NCBI GenBank assembly: GCA_937934295.1
Contig: CALHAI010000005.1
Coordinates: 119,272 to 183,271 of the forward strand
Direction: 5' to 3'
Length of the DNA stretch: 64,000 nucleotides
Origin: an uncultured Blastocatellia bacterium
GTDB lineage: Bacteria; Acidobacteriota; Blastocatellia; HR10
The translations under genes and the position numbers were made by a program. Below are positions 48,465-58,479 of the stretch, piece after piece; within the stretch, counting starts at the first letter, position 1; the number at the start of each line of letters is the position of its first letter. The notes under the pieces were generated by a model. That model was not told the DNA's origin. It did no database searches and saw only the letters and a list, made by a program, of their open reading frames with translations.

Positions 48465-49264
48465 GCGCTCTGATCACAGAGATGAAGGAGACAGCCCTCG
48501 GCTCCAGGCCCTCACCGCTTCGCGCCTGGCCTCATCGGGATGAAACGGTCCTCCGAGCCTCGGGATTGACGAAATACTATCGAGGGCGCTGCGTGCTTCG
48601 GGATGTCTCGCTGGAAGTGCATCCGGGGGAGATCGTCGGTTTACTTGGACCCAATGGAGCGGGAAAGACGACGACCTTTCGCCTTCTCGTTGGGATTGAG
48701 ATGCCCGATCGCGGCGCCGTGTTCTTGGATGGCTGCGAGATCACGGGCTTGCCGATGTATCTTCGCGCGCGGCGAGGACTGGTGTATCTCCCGCAGGAGC
48801 CTTCGATCTTCCGCCGTCTGACGGTGGAGGAGAACATCCTCGCCGTTCTGGAACGGCGGAAACTCAGCCGCGCGGAGCGGGAGCGCCGACTGGAGGGGGT
48901 GATGGAAGATCTCGGCCTGACGTCGGTGCGTCACGTCAAAGGCTATGCCCTCTCGGGCGGAGAACGGCGACGGGCGGAGATCGCGCGCGCTCTGGTCATG
49001 GAGCCGCGATTTCTGCTCTTGGATGAGCCCCTGACGGGGATCGATCCGCTCGCCGTGGCTGATCTGCAGCGGATCATCGTGCATTTGAAAGAGCGGGGCA
49101 TCGGGATCCTGATCACGGATCACAACGTGCGGGAGATGCTGCGAATCACGGATCGCGCGTACCTCCTCAGCGAGGGAGGCATCTTTCGCGCCGGCACACC
49201 GGAAGCGTTGACCGAGGATCCGGAGGTCCGGCGCGTCTATTTGGGGGAACACTTCCGGCTGTGA
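48461..49264 (+). CDS. lptB: LPS export ABC transporter ATP-binding protein
   Basis: [43 protein letters not shown]. Conserved position before rpoN. Confidence 0.9.
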   Translation: MSALITEMKETALGSRPSPLRAWPHRDETVLRASGLTKYYRGRCVLRDVSLEVHPGEIVGLLGPNGAGKTTTFRLLVGIEMPDRGAVFLDGCEITGLPMYLRARRGLVYLPQEPSIFRRLTVEENILAVLERRKLSRAERERRLEGVMEDLGLTSVRHVKGYALSGGERRRAEIARALVMEPRFLLLDEPLTGIDPLAVADLQRIIVHLKERGIGILITDHNVREMLRITDRAYLLSEGGIFRAGTPEALTEDPEVRRVYLGEHFRL

Positions 49265-49267
49265 CCT

Positions 49268-50734
49268 ATGCCGCCGGTGAAGATCACACAGGGACTGACG
49301 CAGCGCCTGGCGCTGACGCCGCAGCTCAAGCAACGCATTGATCTGCTGGCCATGACGAAACTGGAGCTGCTCACCGTCATCCGGCAGGAGCTGCGGGAGA
49401 ACCCGGTGCTGGAGGAAGTGATCGAGCCCGTCCCCTCGGCCGAGATGGTGCTCCGCAATACGGAGCGCGAATCCCACGCCGTGGCGTCGGAATCGGCGCA
49501 CGTCGAACCGAAGCCGAAAGATCCCTTCGAGGAGGTGGATTTCGAGGATTTCTTTCAGAACTATCTCGATCCAACCCCACAGACGATGTGGGCGGAACCT
49601 CCGCCGGAAGATGAGGCCTCGTTGTTGGAGAAGCTGACGCCGAGTCGCCCCTCTCTCTACGAGGCCTTGCTGGAGCAACTCCGTTTGATCGCCCCCAAGG
49701 AAGAGGATGTGCGACAGGCCGCGGAAGCGATCATCGGATGCCTCAATAGCGATGGCTATCTGGAGGCGACGCTCGAGGAGATCAAGGCCCTGGGGGGATG
49801 GTCCGATGAGGTCGTCGAGCGCGCGCTCGCCCTCGTGCACAGTCTCGATCCTCCGGGCATCGGCGCGCGCGATCTGCAAGAATGCTTGCTGCTGCAGCTG
49901 CGCGCGCGGGGGTGGGAGGATCGCCTGGCGGCCCGCCTGATCCGGGAGCATCTGTGGGAGTTACAGCCGCATCGGTTGCCGGAGTTAGCCCAGCGACTCA
50001 ACCTCCCTCTGGAGATGCTGCGCGAGGAGCTGAAGGTGATTCGACAGTTGGACCCGCGTCCGGGGCGAAACCTGGGGACGGCGCCTCCGACCTACATCGT
50101 GCCCGAGGCGAGCATCGTGAAAGTGGACGATCGGTACGTCATCCTCTTCAATGAGGAAGGCTTGCCACAGCTTCGGATCAGCGCCTCTTATCGGCGGCTG
50201 CTCAAAAACGAACACCTGCCCAAGGAGACGCGAGATTTCGTGCGCGAGCGTTTCCGCTCGGCGGTCGAACTCTTGAAGAACATCGAGCATCGTCGGCGCG
50301 CGATCTATCGCGTCTGCGAAGCGATCGTCCGGCGGCAGCGCGACTTCCTCGACTATGGCCCGGAGCATTTGAAGCCGATGCTGCTGAAAGATATCGCCGC
50401 CGAATTGGGTCTCTCGCTGTCGACCGTCAGTCGCATCGTGAGCAACAAGTACATTGACACCCCACAGGGCCTCATCGAGTTGCGCCGCTTCTTCACCGAA
50501 GGCGTGAGGAAGGAGAACGGCGAGCAGATTTCGACGCGTGTCCTCAAGCTGCGCCTTCAAAAGCTCATCGAGCAGGAGGATCCGCGAGCGCCGCTGACCG
50601 ATGAGGATCTCGTGCACTTGCTGGAGCGGGAGGGGATCCGGCTCTCTCGCCGCACGGTGACGAAGTATCGGAAGCAGTTGGGCATTCCCAGCTCGCGGGA
50701 TCGCTTGCTGCTCGCCGCAGGGAGGGAGAGATGA
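49268..50734 (+). CDS. rpoN: RNA polymerase sigma-54 factor
   Basis: N-terminal activator-interacting region (LTPQLKQRIDLL), C-terminal RpoN box ARRTVTKYR. Confidence 0.9.
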   Translation: MPPVKITQGLTQRLALTPQLKQRIDLLAMTKLELLTVIRQELRENPVLEEVIEPVPSAEMVLRNTERESHAVASESAHVEPKPKDPFEEVDFEDFFQNYLDPTPQTMWAEPPPEDEASLLEKLTPSRPSLYEALLEQLRLIAPKEEDVRQAAEAIIGCLNSDGYLEATLEEIKALGGWSDEVVERALALVHSLDPPGIGARDLQECLLLQLRARGWEDRLAARLIREHLWELQPHRLPELAQRLNLPLEMLREELKVIRQLDPRPGRNLGTAPPTYIVPEASIVKVDDRYVILFNEEGLPQLRISASYRRLLKNEHLPKETRDFVRERFRSAVELLKNIEHRRRAIYRVCEAIVRRQRDFLDYGPEHLKPMLLKDIAAELGLSLSTVSRIVSNKYIDTPQGLIELRRFFTEGVRKENGEQISTRVLKLRLQKLIEQEDPRAPLTDEDLVHLLEREGIRLSRRTVTKYRKQLGIPSSRDRLLLAAGRER

Positions 50735-51246
50735 ATCTGGAACTCACGACGCGAAATGTGACGCTCACGCCCGCGATCGAGAAGCGCCTGCGACGAGCTT
50801 TGGAGAAGCTCGGCCGTGTCCTCGATGACGCGGCCAAGATCCACGTCATCCTGGGCGCGGAGAAGCATCGTTTCCTGACGGAGATCCTCGTCACCTGGCG
50901 GGATCATCAACTCACCGGAACGGCCGAGACGGAAGATGTCTATAGCTCCGTCACCGAGGCCATCGATCGCATCCTGCGACAGACGCTCAAGCAGAAGGAG
51001 AAATTCACGGCGCGACGGCGCGCGACGCGCAAGCTGGTGAAGATCTTGCCCGTCGAGTCACCGGCGTCGGAGGTGCGTATCATTCGCACGCCGCGATATT
51101 CGGTGAAGCCCTTGACGCCGGATGAGGCTGCCGAACTGCTGCTGAAATCGAGCGATCACTTCCTCGTCTTTCGCAACTCGGAGACCGATCGCGTGGCCGT
51201 CCTCTACAGGCGGAGTGACGGCCACCTCGGGTTGATCGAGCCGTGA
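50731..51246 (+). CDS. hpf: ribosome hibernation promoting factor (long form)
   Basis: MNLELTTRNVTLTPAIEKRLRRALEKL... with a C-terminal dimerisation domain. Confidence 0.85.
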   Translation: MNLELTTRNVTLTPAIEKRLRRALEKLGRVLDDAAKIHVILGAEKHRFLTEILVTWRDHQLTGTAETEDVYSSVTEAIDRILRQTLKQKEKFTARRRATRKLVKILPVESPASEVRIIRTPRYSVKPLTPDEAAELLLKSSDHFLVFRNSETDRVAVLYRRSDGHLGLIEP

Positions 51247-51253
51247 ACATGCG

Positions 51254-52216
51254 ATGACCGCTTCCTTCACCCCGGAGATCACCGTCGCCGAACTGCTGGC
51301 CCAGGCGCCTTCGGAGCTCGATCTGCGAGTGATCGCCGGCGCGGCGGGCGTGGCGAACGTGATCCGCTCGCCACGGATCCAAAAGCTCGGGCTGGCGCTC
51401 GCCGGATTCCCGCACTATGTTCACCAAGGGCGCGTTCAAATCCTGGGGCAGAGCGAAGTGACCTTCCTGCAGCATCTCTCCCCTTCGGACCGCCAGCAGG
51501 CCGTCGAACGCCTCCCCTGGAGGGAGATCACGTGCGTGCTTGTGACGAAGGGGCTCACGCCCCCGCCGGAATTCCTGGACGCGGCCGAACGGGAGCGTGT
51601 CCCCGTGCTCGTCTCCGTGCTCCTCAGCTCGGTGGCGATCCTGAAACTCACGGAATTCCTGCAACGGACGCTCGCTCCGCGCGAGTGGATTCACGGCGTC
51701 ATGGTGGAGGTCTTCGGCGTCGGCGTGCTGTTGCTCGGCGAATCCGGATTGGGCAAGAGCGAATGCGCGCTCGATCTCATTCAACGTGGGCATCGGCTCG
51801 TCTCCGATGATATCGTCGAGGTGCGCGCGCTCGGCTCGGACCGAGTGATCGGGCGAGCGCCGGAGCGCGCGCGGGGGCACATGGAGATTCGCGGACTGGG
51901 CATCCTCGACATCCGGGAATTGTTCGGCGTCGCTGCGCTCGCCGAAGAAGCGCTGCTTGAGCTGGCCATCGCCTTCGAGCGCTGGGATCCGCAGCGCGAG
52001 TATGATCCCCTGGGATTGCAGGAGGAGACGCTTCACGTGCTCGACGTCGCGATCCCTCTGCTCCGCCTCCCCGTCACGTCCTGGCGCAACCTCACGACGT
52101 TGGTGGAAGTCGCCGTGCGGAATCACTTGCTGAGACGCCGCGGCATTGATGCGATGCGCCGGTTCGTGCGCGCGCACGATGCGCTGGTCGCGGGTGAGGC
52201 TCAGGACTCGCGGTGA
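51254..52216 (+). CDS. hprK: HPr kinase/phosphorylase
   Basis: Walker A GESGLGKSE. The signature DLIQRGHRLVSDDIVEV. Confidence 0.9.
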   Translation: MTASFTPEITVAELLAQAPSELDLRVIAGAAGVANVIRSPRIQKLGLALAGFPHYVHQGRVQILGQSEVTFLQHLSPSDRQQAVERLPWREITCVLVTKGLTPPPEFLDAAERERVPVLVSVLLSSVAILKLTEFLQRTLAPREWIHGVMVEVFGVGVLLLGESGLGKSECALDLIQRGHRLVSDDIVEVRALGSDRVIGRAPERARGHMEIRGLGILDIRELFGVAALAEEALLELAIAFERWDPQREYDPLGLQEETLHVLDVAIPLLRLPVTSWRNLTTLVEVAVRNHLLRRRGIDAMRRFVRAHDALVAGEAQDSR

Positions 52217-52228
52217 GCGAACGCCACT

Positions 52229-53104
52229 ATGGCTTCCCCCTCTCCGCAACTCCTCATCCTCACGGGCTTGAGCGGCTCGGGGAAGACCTCAGCGGTCAAG
52301 GCCTTCGAGGACCTGGGCTACTTCTGCGTGGATAATCTGCCGATCCATCTCCTCCCCCCTTTTGTCGAGCTGTGCGAGCGTTCCCTGGAGACGCTCAAAC
52401 GCGCGGTCATCGTCATCGACATTCGCGAGCGACAGTTCCTGCCGGACTTCCCTCGCCTGTATGAGGAGCTGCGGCGACAGGGGACGAATGTGAAGATCGT
52501 CTTCTTTGAGGCGAGCCCCGAGGTTCTGCTCCGCCGTTTCTCCGAGACGCGCCGTCCGCATCCGCTGGCCGATACGGAGACGGACCTCCCGACGGCCATC
52601 GCGCGCGAGCGAGAGTTGCTCGCGGAGATTCGCGCTCGCGCCGATCTGGTCATTGATACGTCCGAGCATACGGTCCACACGCTGCGCCGCCACGTGATCG
52701 AGCGCTTCGGCACGGCCGATGCGCTGCTGGAGATGACGGTCACGCTCCTGAGCTTCGGATTCAAACACGGCGTTCCGCCCGGATTGGATTTGCTCTTCGA
52801 CGTGCGCTTTCTCCCGAATCCCCACTTCGTGCCGGAGCTGCGGGAGCGGACCGGTCAAGACGCTGAAGTCATCGCCTTCATGCGCGCACAGCCGGATACT
52901 GCCGAGCTGATCGCCCACCTGGAGAATCTCCTCCGCTTCCTCCTGCCGCGCTATCAGCGCGAAGGCCGCAGCTACGTGACGATTGGAATTGGGTGCACGG
53001 GAGGCCGCCATCGCTCGGTGATGATCGTCGAGGAGCTGGCTCGCACGTTGCGGCGCGAGGGATACAAGATTCGCGTCGCGCATCGAGACGTGGACAAGCT
53101 CTGA
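52229..53104 (+). CDS. rapZ: RNase adapter protein RapZ (YhbJ) family
   Basis: LTGLSGSGKTSAVKAFEDLGYFCVDNLP and the C-terminal motif GCTGGRHRSV. Confidence 0.9.
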   Translation: MASPSPQLLILTGLSGSGKTSAVKAFEDLGYFCVDNLPIHLLPPFVELCERSLETLKRAVIVIDIRERQFLPDFPRLYEELRRQGTNVKIVFFEASPEVLLRRFSETRRPHPLADTETDLPTAIARERELLAEIRARADLVIDTSEHTVHTLRRHVIERFGTADALLEMTVTLLSFGFKHGVPPGLDLLFDVRFLPNPHFVPELRERTGQDAEVIAFMRAQPDTAELIAHLENLLRFLLPRYQREGRSYVTIGIGCTGGRHRSVMIVEELARTLRREGYKIRVAHRDVDKL

Positions 53105-53239
53105 GCGCGCCGCTCCCTTCGTTGAGGACGGAAACGCGCGCTGTGATGTACAATAGGAGAGCGCGCAGGAGGGAACGTGGCGCGCTGAGAAGGCGAAGGG
53201 GTTGCCCCAGGGGGCTCCCCGCCGTGAGAGGAGGCACCA

Positions 53240-53653
53240 ATGGGACGCATCGGAGGCGTCGTCATCACGCATGGGCAGTTGGCCACCGAGCTGGTGAACG
53301 CCGCCGAGATGATTGTCGGCGAGATCAGCCACATCACGGCCGTCTCCATCGGTTGGCATGACGATGTCGAGGTCGCGCGCGAGACGATCCACCAGGCGAT
53401 TGCGCGCGTCAACAGTGGGCGTGGCGTGCTCTTGCTGACGGATATGTTCGGCGGGACGCCGACCAATATCGCCGCCACCTTCTTGGGGGTCGAACCGGTG
53501 GAGATCGTCACCGGCGTCAATCTGCCCATGATCCTCAAGCTCGCCAATCAGGACCCGAACGACGATCTCCTCACGGTAGCGCGGAAGGTCAAAGAGCAGG
53601 GGCAGAAGAACATCTATCTGGCCAGCGAGATTCTCACGCCCACCAAACGTTAG
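53240..53653 (+). CDS. PTS EIIA component, mannose/fructose/sorbose family
   Basis: GVVITHGQLATELVNAAEMIVGE; the His of THG is the phosphorylation site. 137 aa. Confidence 0.8.
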   Translation: MGRIGGVVITHGQLATELVNAAEMIVGEISHITAVSIGWHDDVEVARETIHQAIARVNSGRGVLLLTDMFGGTPTNIAATFLGVEPVEIVTGVNLPMILKLANQDPNDDLLTVARKVKEQGQKNIYLASEILTPTKR

Positions 53654-53659
53654 CCGAGG

Positions 53660-53947
53660 ATGCAGCGACGAACCGTGCAAGTGATCAATCGTCTGGGACT
53701 CCACGCGCGAGCGGCCGCTAAGCTCGTGCATGTGGCTAACCGCTTCCAGAGCACGATCGCGCTCGCTCGGTGCGATAACGGGCAGACCGTAGATGCGAAG
53801 AGCATTCTCGGCGTCCTGCTGTTGGCCGCTTCCGCGGGGACGCGCCTAGACATCATCGCCTCAGGAGAGGACGAGGCGGAAGCAGTTGAGGCCATCTGCC
53901 GGTTGATCGAATCGAGATTCGGCGAGGAGGAAGGAGCGACATCGTGA
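53660..53947 (+). CDS. ptsH: phosphocarrier protein HPr
   Basis: VINRLGLHARAAAKLV (His15 region) and the Ser46-region KSILGVL. Confidence 0.85.
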   Translation: MQRRTVQVINRLGLHARAAAKLVHVANRFQSTIALARCDNGQTVDAKSILGVLLLAASAGTRLDIIASGEDEAEAVEAICRLIESRFGEEEGATS

Positions 53948-55812
53948 CGGTGAATCGTGCGACGCGTTCCGGGCTCGTCCTGCGCGGATTGGGGGTCTCG
54001 CCGGGAATCGGGCTGGGCCCAGCCGTGCCCCTGCCGTGGCGCGGGCGTTTGATCTTTCGACGACCGCTCGCCCCCCAGGAGATCGAAGCGGAGGTGGCGC
54101 GGTTCCACGCAGCCGTGAACATCGCTCGCGAACAGCTTCAAGCGCTGCGACAGCGCATGGAGCAAGCCTTGGGAATGGAACACGCCTACATCCTGGACGC
54201 ACAACGATTGATGTTGGAAGATGTGGGCATCCTCGGCGAGATCGAGACGCTCATCCGCACAAGCGCGATCAATGCGGAATGGGCCGTGAAGTTGGTCACC
54301 GATCGTATCCTGGCCATCTACGCGGAGATCAAGGATGCGTATTTGCGCGAGCGCGGGAGCGACATCGAGGATGTCGCCCACCGGTTGCTCACGGCGCTTG
54401 CCGGAGATCGCACCTCGTGCGCCTTTCCGAAAGGCGCAGTCCTCGTGGGCGAAACTCTTCCGCCGAGCCTCCTTGGAGAACTCGACCCGCAGCGCGTCGC
54501 CGGTCTGGTCATCGGCACAGGGGGATGGACCTCACACGCGGCCATTCTCGCGCGCGGCTTGGGCATTCCGGCCGTCTCCGGCATTCACGGTGCGCTCGCC
54601 CTTATCGAAGACCAAGCGCTCCTTCTCGTGGATGGGACTCAAGGGCTCGTCTTCGTGCACCCAGCGCCGGAGGTCATTCAACGATACGAGGAGCAGAAGA
54701 AGGAGCGCGAACGCCGCTGGCACCTTCTGCGCGAACGCGCACCGCTGCCGACGATGACGCGCGATGGCGTGCCGATCACCGTTCGCGCCAACATCGAGCG
54801 GCTCTCGGAACTGGAGGACGCTCGGCACTTCGGCGCGTGTGGCATCGGACTGCTGCGCACGGAATTCCTCTTCCTGCAGGCGGCCCCGGAGTTGCCCTCA
54901 GAAGAGGTGCAATGGCAGGCGTATCGCCAAGTGGCTGAAGCCGCCGGGCCCGAGGGCGCCGTTGTTCGCACGGTGGATTGGGATGAGAATCAGATGGCGG
55001 CGCTTGGCAGCCTGCAGGCGTTCCACGATGAACACCTGGCGACGACGGGGATGGGTGATCGGGAACCATGGATCCCCGAACGCAATCCCGCGCTCGGTCT
55101 TCGCGCCATTCGCTTCTCGCTTTGCAGGCCGCAGGTCTTGAAGACGCAACTGCGCGCCATCGTGCGCGCCGCGGCCTTCGGGAATCTCCGCATCGTCCTG
55201 CCGCTCATCACGAGTTTGGAGGAAGTGTACGAAGTGCGTCGCCAGCTCGATGCCGTGTGTCAGGAGCTGCGCGCCGAAGGGGTCGAGGTTCCCTATCGCA
55301 TCCCATTGGGCGTGATGATTGAGACGCCAGCGGCTGTATGGCTTGCGGAAGAACTCGCGGCGGCGGCCGATTTCCTGAGTCTTGGGACGAACGATCTCAT
55401 CCAGTACGTCCTGGCGGTAGATCGCGACAACGATCGCGTCGCGCATCTCTACGATCCGTTCCACCCAGCTGTGCTGCGCGCCGTGAATCACGTCATGCGC
55501 GTGGCCGAACGTGCGGGCCGCGCTCTTGAAGTCTGTGGCGAGATGGCCGCGCATCCGCTCCATGTGCTCGTGCTGCTTGGTCTGGGAGCCCGCGTCCTGA
55601 GCATGCGCCCGCGTGCTATCCCCTTCATCCGGGATCTCATTCGACGCTGCCAGTTGGCGCCTGTGCGCGACCTCGTACAGAGGGCGCTCACGGCCTCGCG
55701 CGGCTATGAGGTGCGGCAGCTCCTGCTTCGAGGTTTTGAGGAGATGCGCCTGGAAGTTCTCGACGAGGCGCTGCTGAACGGGAGCGCTCCGCCCCTTCGA
55801 AACGCTCGATGA
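53944..55812 (+). CDS. ptsI: phosphoenolpyruvate--protein phosphotransferase (Enzyme I)
   Basis: Phospho-His region GGWTSHAAILARGLGIPAV and the PEP-utilising C-terminal domain. Confidence 0.9.
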   Translation: MTVNRATRSGLVLRGLGVSPGIGLGPAVPLPWRGRLIFRRPLAPQEIEAEVARFHAAVNIAREQLQALRQRMEQALGMEHAYILDAQRLMLEDVGILGEIETLIRTSAINAEWAVKLVTDRILAIYAEIKDAYLRERGSDIEDVAHRLLTALAGDRTSCAFPKGAVLVGETLPPSLLGELDPQRVAGLVIGTGGWTSHAAILARGLGIPAVSGIHGALALIEDQALLLVDGTQGLVFVHPAPEVIQRYEEQKKERERRWHLLRERAPLPTMTRDGVPITVRANIERLSELEDARHFGACGIGLLRTEFLFLQAAPELPSEEVQWQAYRQVAEAAGPEGAVVRTVDWDENQMAALGSLQAFHDEHLATTGMGDREPWIPERNPALGLRAIRFSLCRPQVLKTQLRAIVRAAAFGNLRIVLPLITSLEEVYEVRRQLDAVCQELRAEGVEVPYRIPLGVMIETPAAVWLAEELAAAADFLSLGTNDLIQYVLAVDRDNDRVAHLYDPFHPAVLRAVNHVMRVAERAGRALEVCGEMAAHPLHVLVLLGLGARVLSMRPRAIPFIRDLIRRCQLAPVRDLVQRALTASRGYEVRQLLLRGFEEMRLEVLDEALLNGSAPPLRNAR

Positions 55813-55822
55813 GATTCCGTGT

Positions 55823-57127
55823 ATGCGCCTCGGAGATCGAAGCGAGGAGCCACGATCCGCTCGCCTGACAAGAGGCGCCGAGGCACCGATCCGCATCGCG
55901 CGCGTCCTCTCCCGACTGAACATCGGCGGACCTTCACGGCACGTCATCCTGCTGACGGCTGGACTCAACGACGAGTGCTTCCGTTCCACACTCATCGTCG
56001 GCCGCGAGAATGCCCGCGAAGGGCATCTCTTTGAGAAGGCGCGCGCGCACGGCGTGGAACCGATCCGGCTCGCCTCACTGCAGCGCGACGTGCACCCCCT
56101 GGATGACGGGCGAGCGTTCCTTCATCTCTTTCGCCTCTTCCGCCGACTGCGTCCGCAGATCGTTCACACCCACGCCTCGAAGGCCGGAGCCTTAGGCCGA
56201 CTCGCCGCCCGATGCGCTGGCGTCCCAATCGTCGTGCACACGTTTCATGGGCATACGTTCCATTCGTACTTCCATCCGCTTCTCTCCTCTCTCCTCCGCG
56301 CGCTCGAACGCACCCTGGCGCGCTGGACGACGCGCATCATCACGCTCAGTCCGACACTCAAAGAGGAATTGATTCGCTATCGGATCGCCCCGGCTGAGAA
56401 GATCGACGTCATCCCGCTCGGTTTGGAACTCGAGCACTTCGCCGAGAGCGATCGCTTTCGCGGCGAGCTCCGTCGCCAACTCGGTTTGGACGAAGCCATC
56501 CCCCTCGTCTGCTCGGTCGGTCGACTCGTGCCGGTGAAGAATCATATGCTGCTTCTTCAGGCCTTCGATCGAGTCCTGCAACACCGACCCGAGGCGCATC
56601 TCCTTCTGGTCGGAGACGGCGAACTGCGTCCTCGCCTTGAAGCGATGAGCGACCGCCCCCCTCTTCGCGGACATCTCTCGTTCCTCGGCTGGCGGGAGGA
56701 TCTGGAGCGCATCTACGCCGATGCGGATCTCGTCGTGAACAGCTCGCTCAACGAAGGAACGCCCGTCGCCGTGATCGAAGCCATGGCAGCGGCTCGGCCC
56801 GTCATCGCGACGGCGGTCGGGGGCGTGCCCGATCTCATTCGCCATGGGGAGACCGGATGGCTCGTCCCACCGATGGACCCGGAGGCGCTGGCCGCGCAGA
56901 TCCTCTATGTCCTCGACCATCCCGAGGAGGCCGCGCATGTCGCTCGGGCGGCACAAGCCTTCGCTCTCGCTCACTTCCGAGCTGACCAGCTCATCCAGCG
57001 TATGCGAGAACTGTATCTGACCCTCCTCGCATCGCGAGAAGGCGAGCACACGCCCCTTGTCCACGCATCCGATGACTCGCCCAGGACAAGTCGCACGATC
57101 TCACCGACTCGGCGAAGGCAATCCTGA
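55823..57127 (+). CDS. glycosyltransferase family 4 (GT-B fold)
   Basis: C-terminal E-x7-E-like motif region (NSSLNEGTPVAVIEAMAAARPVIAT), GGVPDLI. The start is approximate. Confidence 0.75.
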   Translation: MRLGDRSEEPRSARLTRGAEAPIRIARVLSRLNIGGPSRHVILLTAGLNDECFRSTLIVGRENAREGHLFEKARAHGVEPIRLASLQRDVHPLDDGRAFLHLFRLFRRLRPQIVHTHASKAGALGRLAARCAGVPIVVHTFHGHTFHSYFHPLLSSLLRALERTLARWTTRIITLSPTLKEELIRYRIAPAEKIDVIPLGLELEHFAESDRFRGELRRQLGLDEAIPLVCSVGRLVPVKNHMLLLQAFDRVLQHRPEAHLLLVGDGELRPRLEAMSDRPPLRGHLSFLGWREDLERIYADADLVVNSSLNEGTPVAVIEAMAAARPVIATAVGGVPDLIRHGETGWLVPPMDPEALAAQILYVLDHPEEAAHVARAAQAFALAHFRADQLIQRMRELYLTLLASREGEHTPLVHASDDSPRTSRTISPTRRRQS

Positions 57128-57973
57128 AGACTGGCCCTCGCATGAAGGACGACACCTTCCCCGAAGGAAATCTGTACTCGACAGAGAAGTGCTTTGTCGA
57201 GCGATCTCCAAGACTTGCCGCCTTTCTGGAAACAGCAGTATCTTCAGCTGTCAAGCCTTAACCGGCTCTGCCTCCCAAGCCGCGACCCCCACAGACAGCA
57301 GCACGCCAAGCCCCTCTCATCCCAACCCTCACGCATCTCTATCCCCCTCACCATCCTCTCCAACCTCCTGGCCTTCACCTCTTCGCCAAAAAGTTGCTTG
57401 AAGGCAGAAAAGAAACTCCTCCTCTCCACCCCCCCATAGCCAAGCCTCTCCTTCCACCCCAAGGGATCTTTTCCATATGCCCTGACCACTTCCTCCCTTT
57501 CCCCTCCACATCTTCCCCTCACCTTGGATCCCCACCTCTATCCCATTCCTCCCTCTCCCTAAGCCTGGAGCCCAGATCGGGGTCAGGCTGACTCGGGTAT
57601 CTTCAGGGAGAGGATGCTGTGGGGCAAAGAGGGAGATAAGCTGGCTCAAACCCCTTGCTAACCCCTCATGCTGCCGATACGGCCCCCCCTCCGGATCCCC
57701 CAAAATCACATCAGGCCGTGAGGATAGCGAAAGAGACGCCCATTCTTTTTCTCCCCTTGCCGGTCTGAGAGGCGTCCAACGGCTAAGAGGATTTCCCCCG
57801 TCGGACATGATGCTCGCTGTACTCGTTCCAGTTCCTTTCAGGCTTTCTCCCCTTTATTGTATCCCCTCGTCTTCATCCTGACCAAGACCAGGCCGCCGCA
57901 AGCCCCTGGCTTGAGCCACGGGGATAAGGCGGCCGGTTTTCAATAGGTGGCCGCGGGATGGTATACTTGGCTT

Positions 57974-58069
57974 ATGCCGCAGTACACAGCGGAATGCAAG
58001 TTGAACAACGTCTCAAAGAAGCCTCTTTCCCAGCGCATCCACGCCTGTGAGTGTGGCGTGGAGATGTAA
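57974..58069 (+). pseudogene. decayed C-terminal remnant of an IS200/IS605-family TnpB (zinc-finger region), flanked by in-frame stops
   Basis: MPQYTAECKLNNVSKKPLSQRIHACECGVEM* resembles the TnpB hallmark K.LS.R...C..CG preceding DRD.NAA.NI (here CxC with one residue lost; the downstream frame reads RNLYLAFLA). An in-frame stop lies 30 nt upstream and the remainder of TnpB is absent. Confidence 0.35.
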
Positions 58070-58440
58070 CGCAATCTCTACTTGGCGTTTCTGGCGTGGT
58101 GCGTGAAGGAGAATGGTTTGCTCCACGCAGATCTGGCGCGCGAGCGTTGGTCGGGTGCGGCAGCGGCTCCTGCGGGCGGCGTGGAGCCGTGCCACCCAAC
58201 CTGCGAGTGCGAGGGCGTTTCGCCCTTCCTCCTTCGGGGTGTATCCCCGGAGTCGGAGCGGGTCGCCCGCGCAAGAGGGGATAGCCAAAACCGAGGTCCG
58301 GGATGGTGTAGCGGAGGTGCCGACCTCTGGCGAGAGCCCGGAAGAGGTTGCGGTGGTTCCCCTCAGAACCCCCCGGCTCGAGCCGTGGGGAGGTTCAGAC
58401 CCCAGCTGCAGGTTATGCAATACAGCACAGAGGAGCACAT

Positions 58441-58468
58441 CCCCCGCGCGAGGTGAATCGCGCGGGGG
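58441..58468. terminator. very stable GC hairpin CCCCCGCGCGA-GGTGAA-TCGCGCGGGGG 12 nt beyond the stop of the minus-strand gene at 58480 (terminator and/or IS-end hairpin)
   Basis: 11-bp perfect stem, 6-nt loop. No clear U-tract on either strand. Confidence 0.4.
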
Positions 58469-58479
58469 ACGAGTGGGCC

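Noticed and set aside
57329-57808. 159-aa minus-strand ORF in the CT-rich block
   Set aside because: Gly/Glu/Arg low-complexity translation of a purine-rich strand with no start context. The block is better explained as non-coding.
58280-58440. Group II intron domain V or other catalytic RNA in the structured GC-rich segment downstream of the TnpB remnant
   Set aside because: The sequence around GAGCCGTGGGG...CCCCAG does not form the symmetric 14-bp bulged domain-V hairpin with the AGC triad. More parsimonious as IS right-end or omegaRNA-like sequence, or as a terminator.
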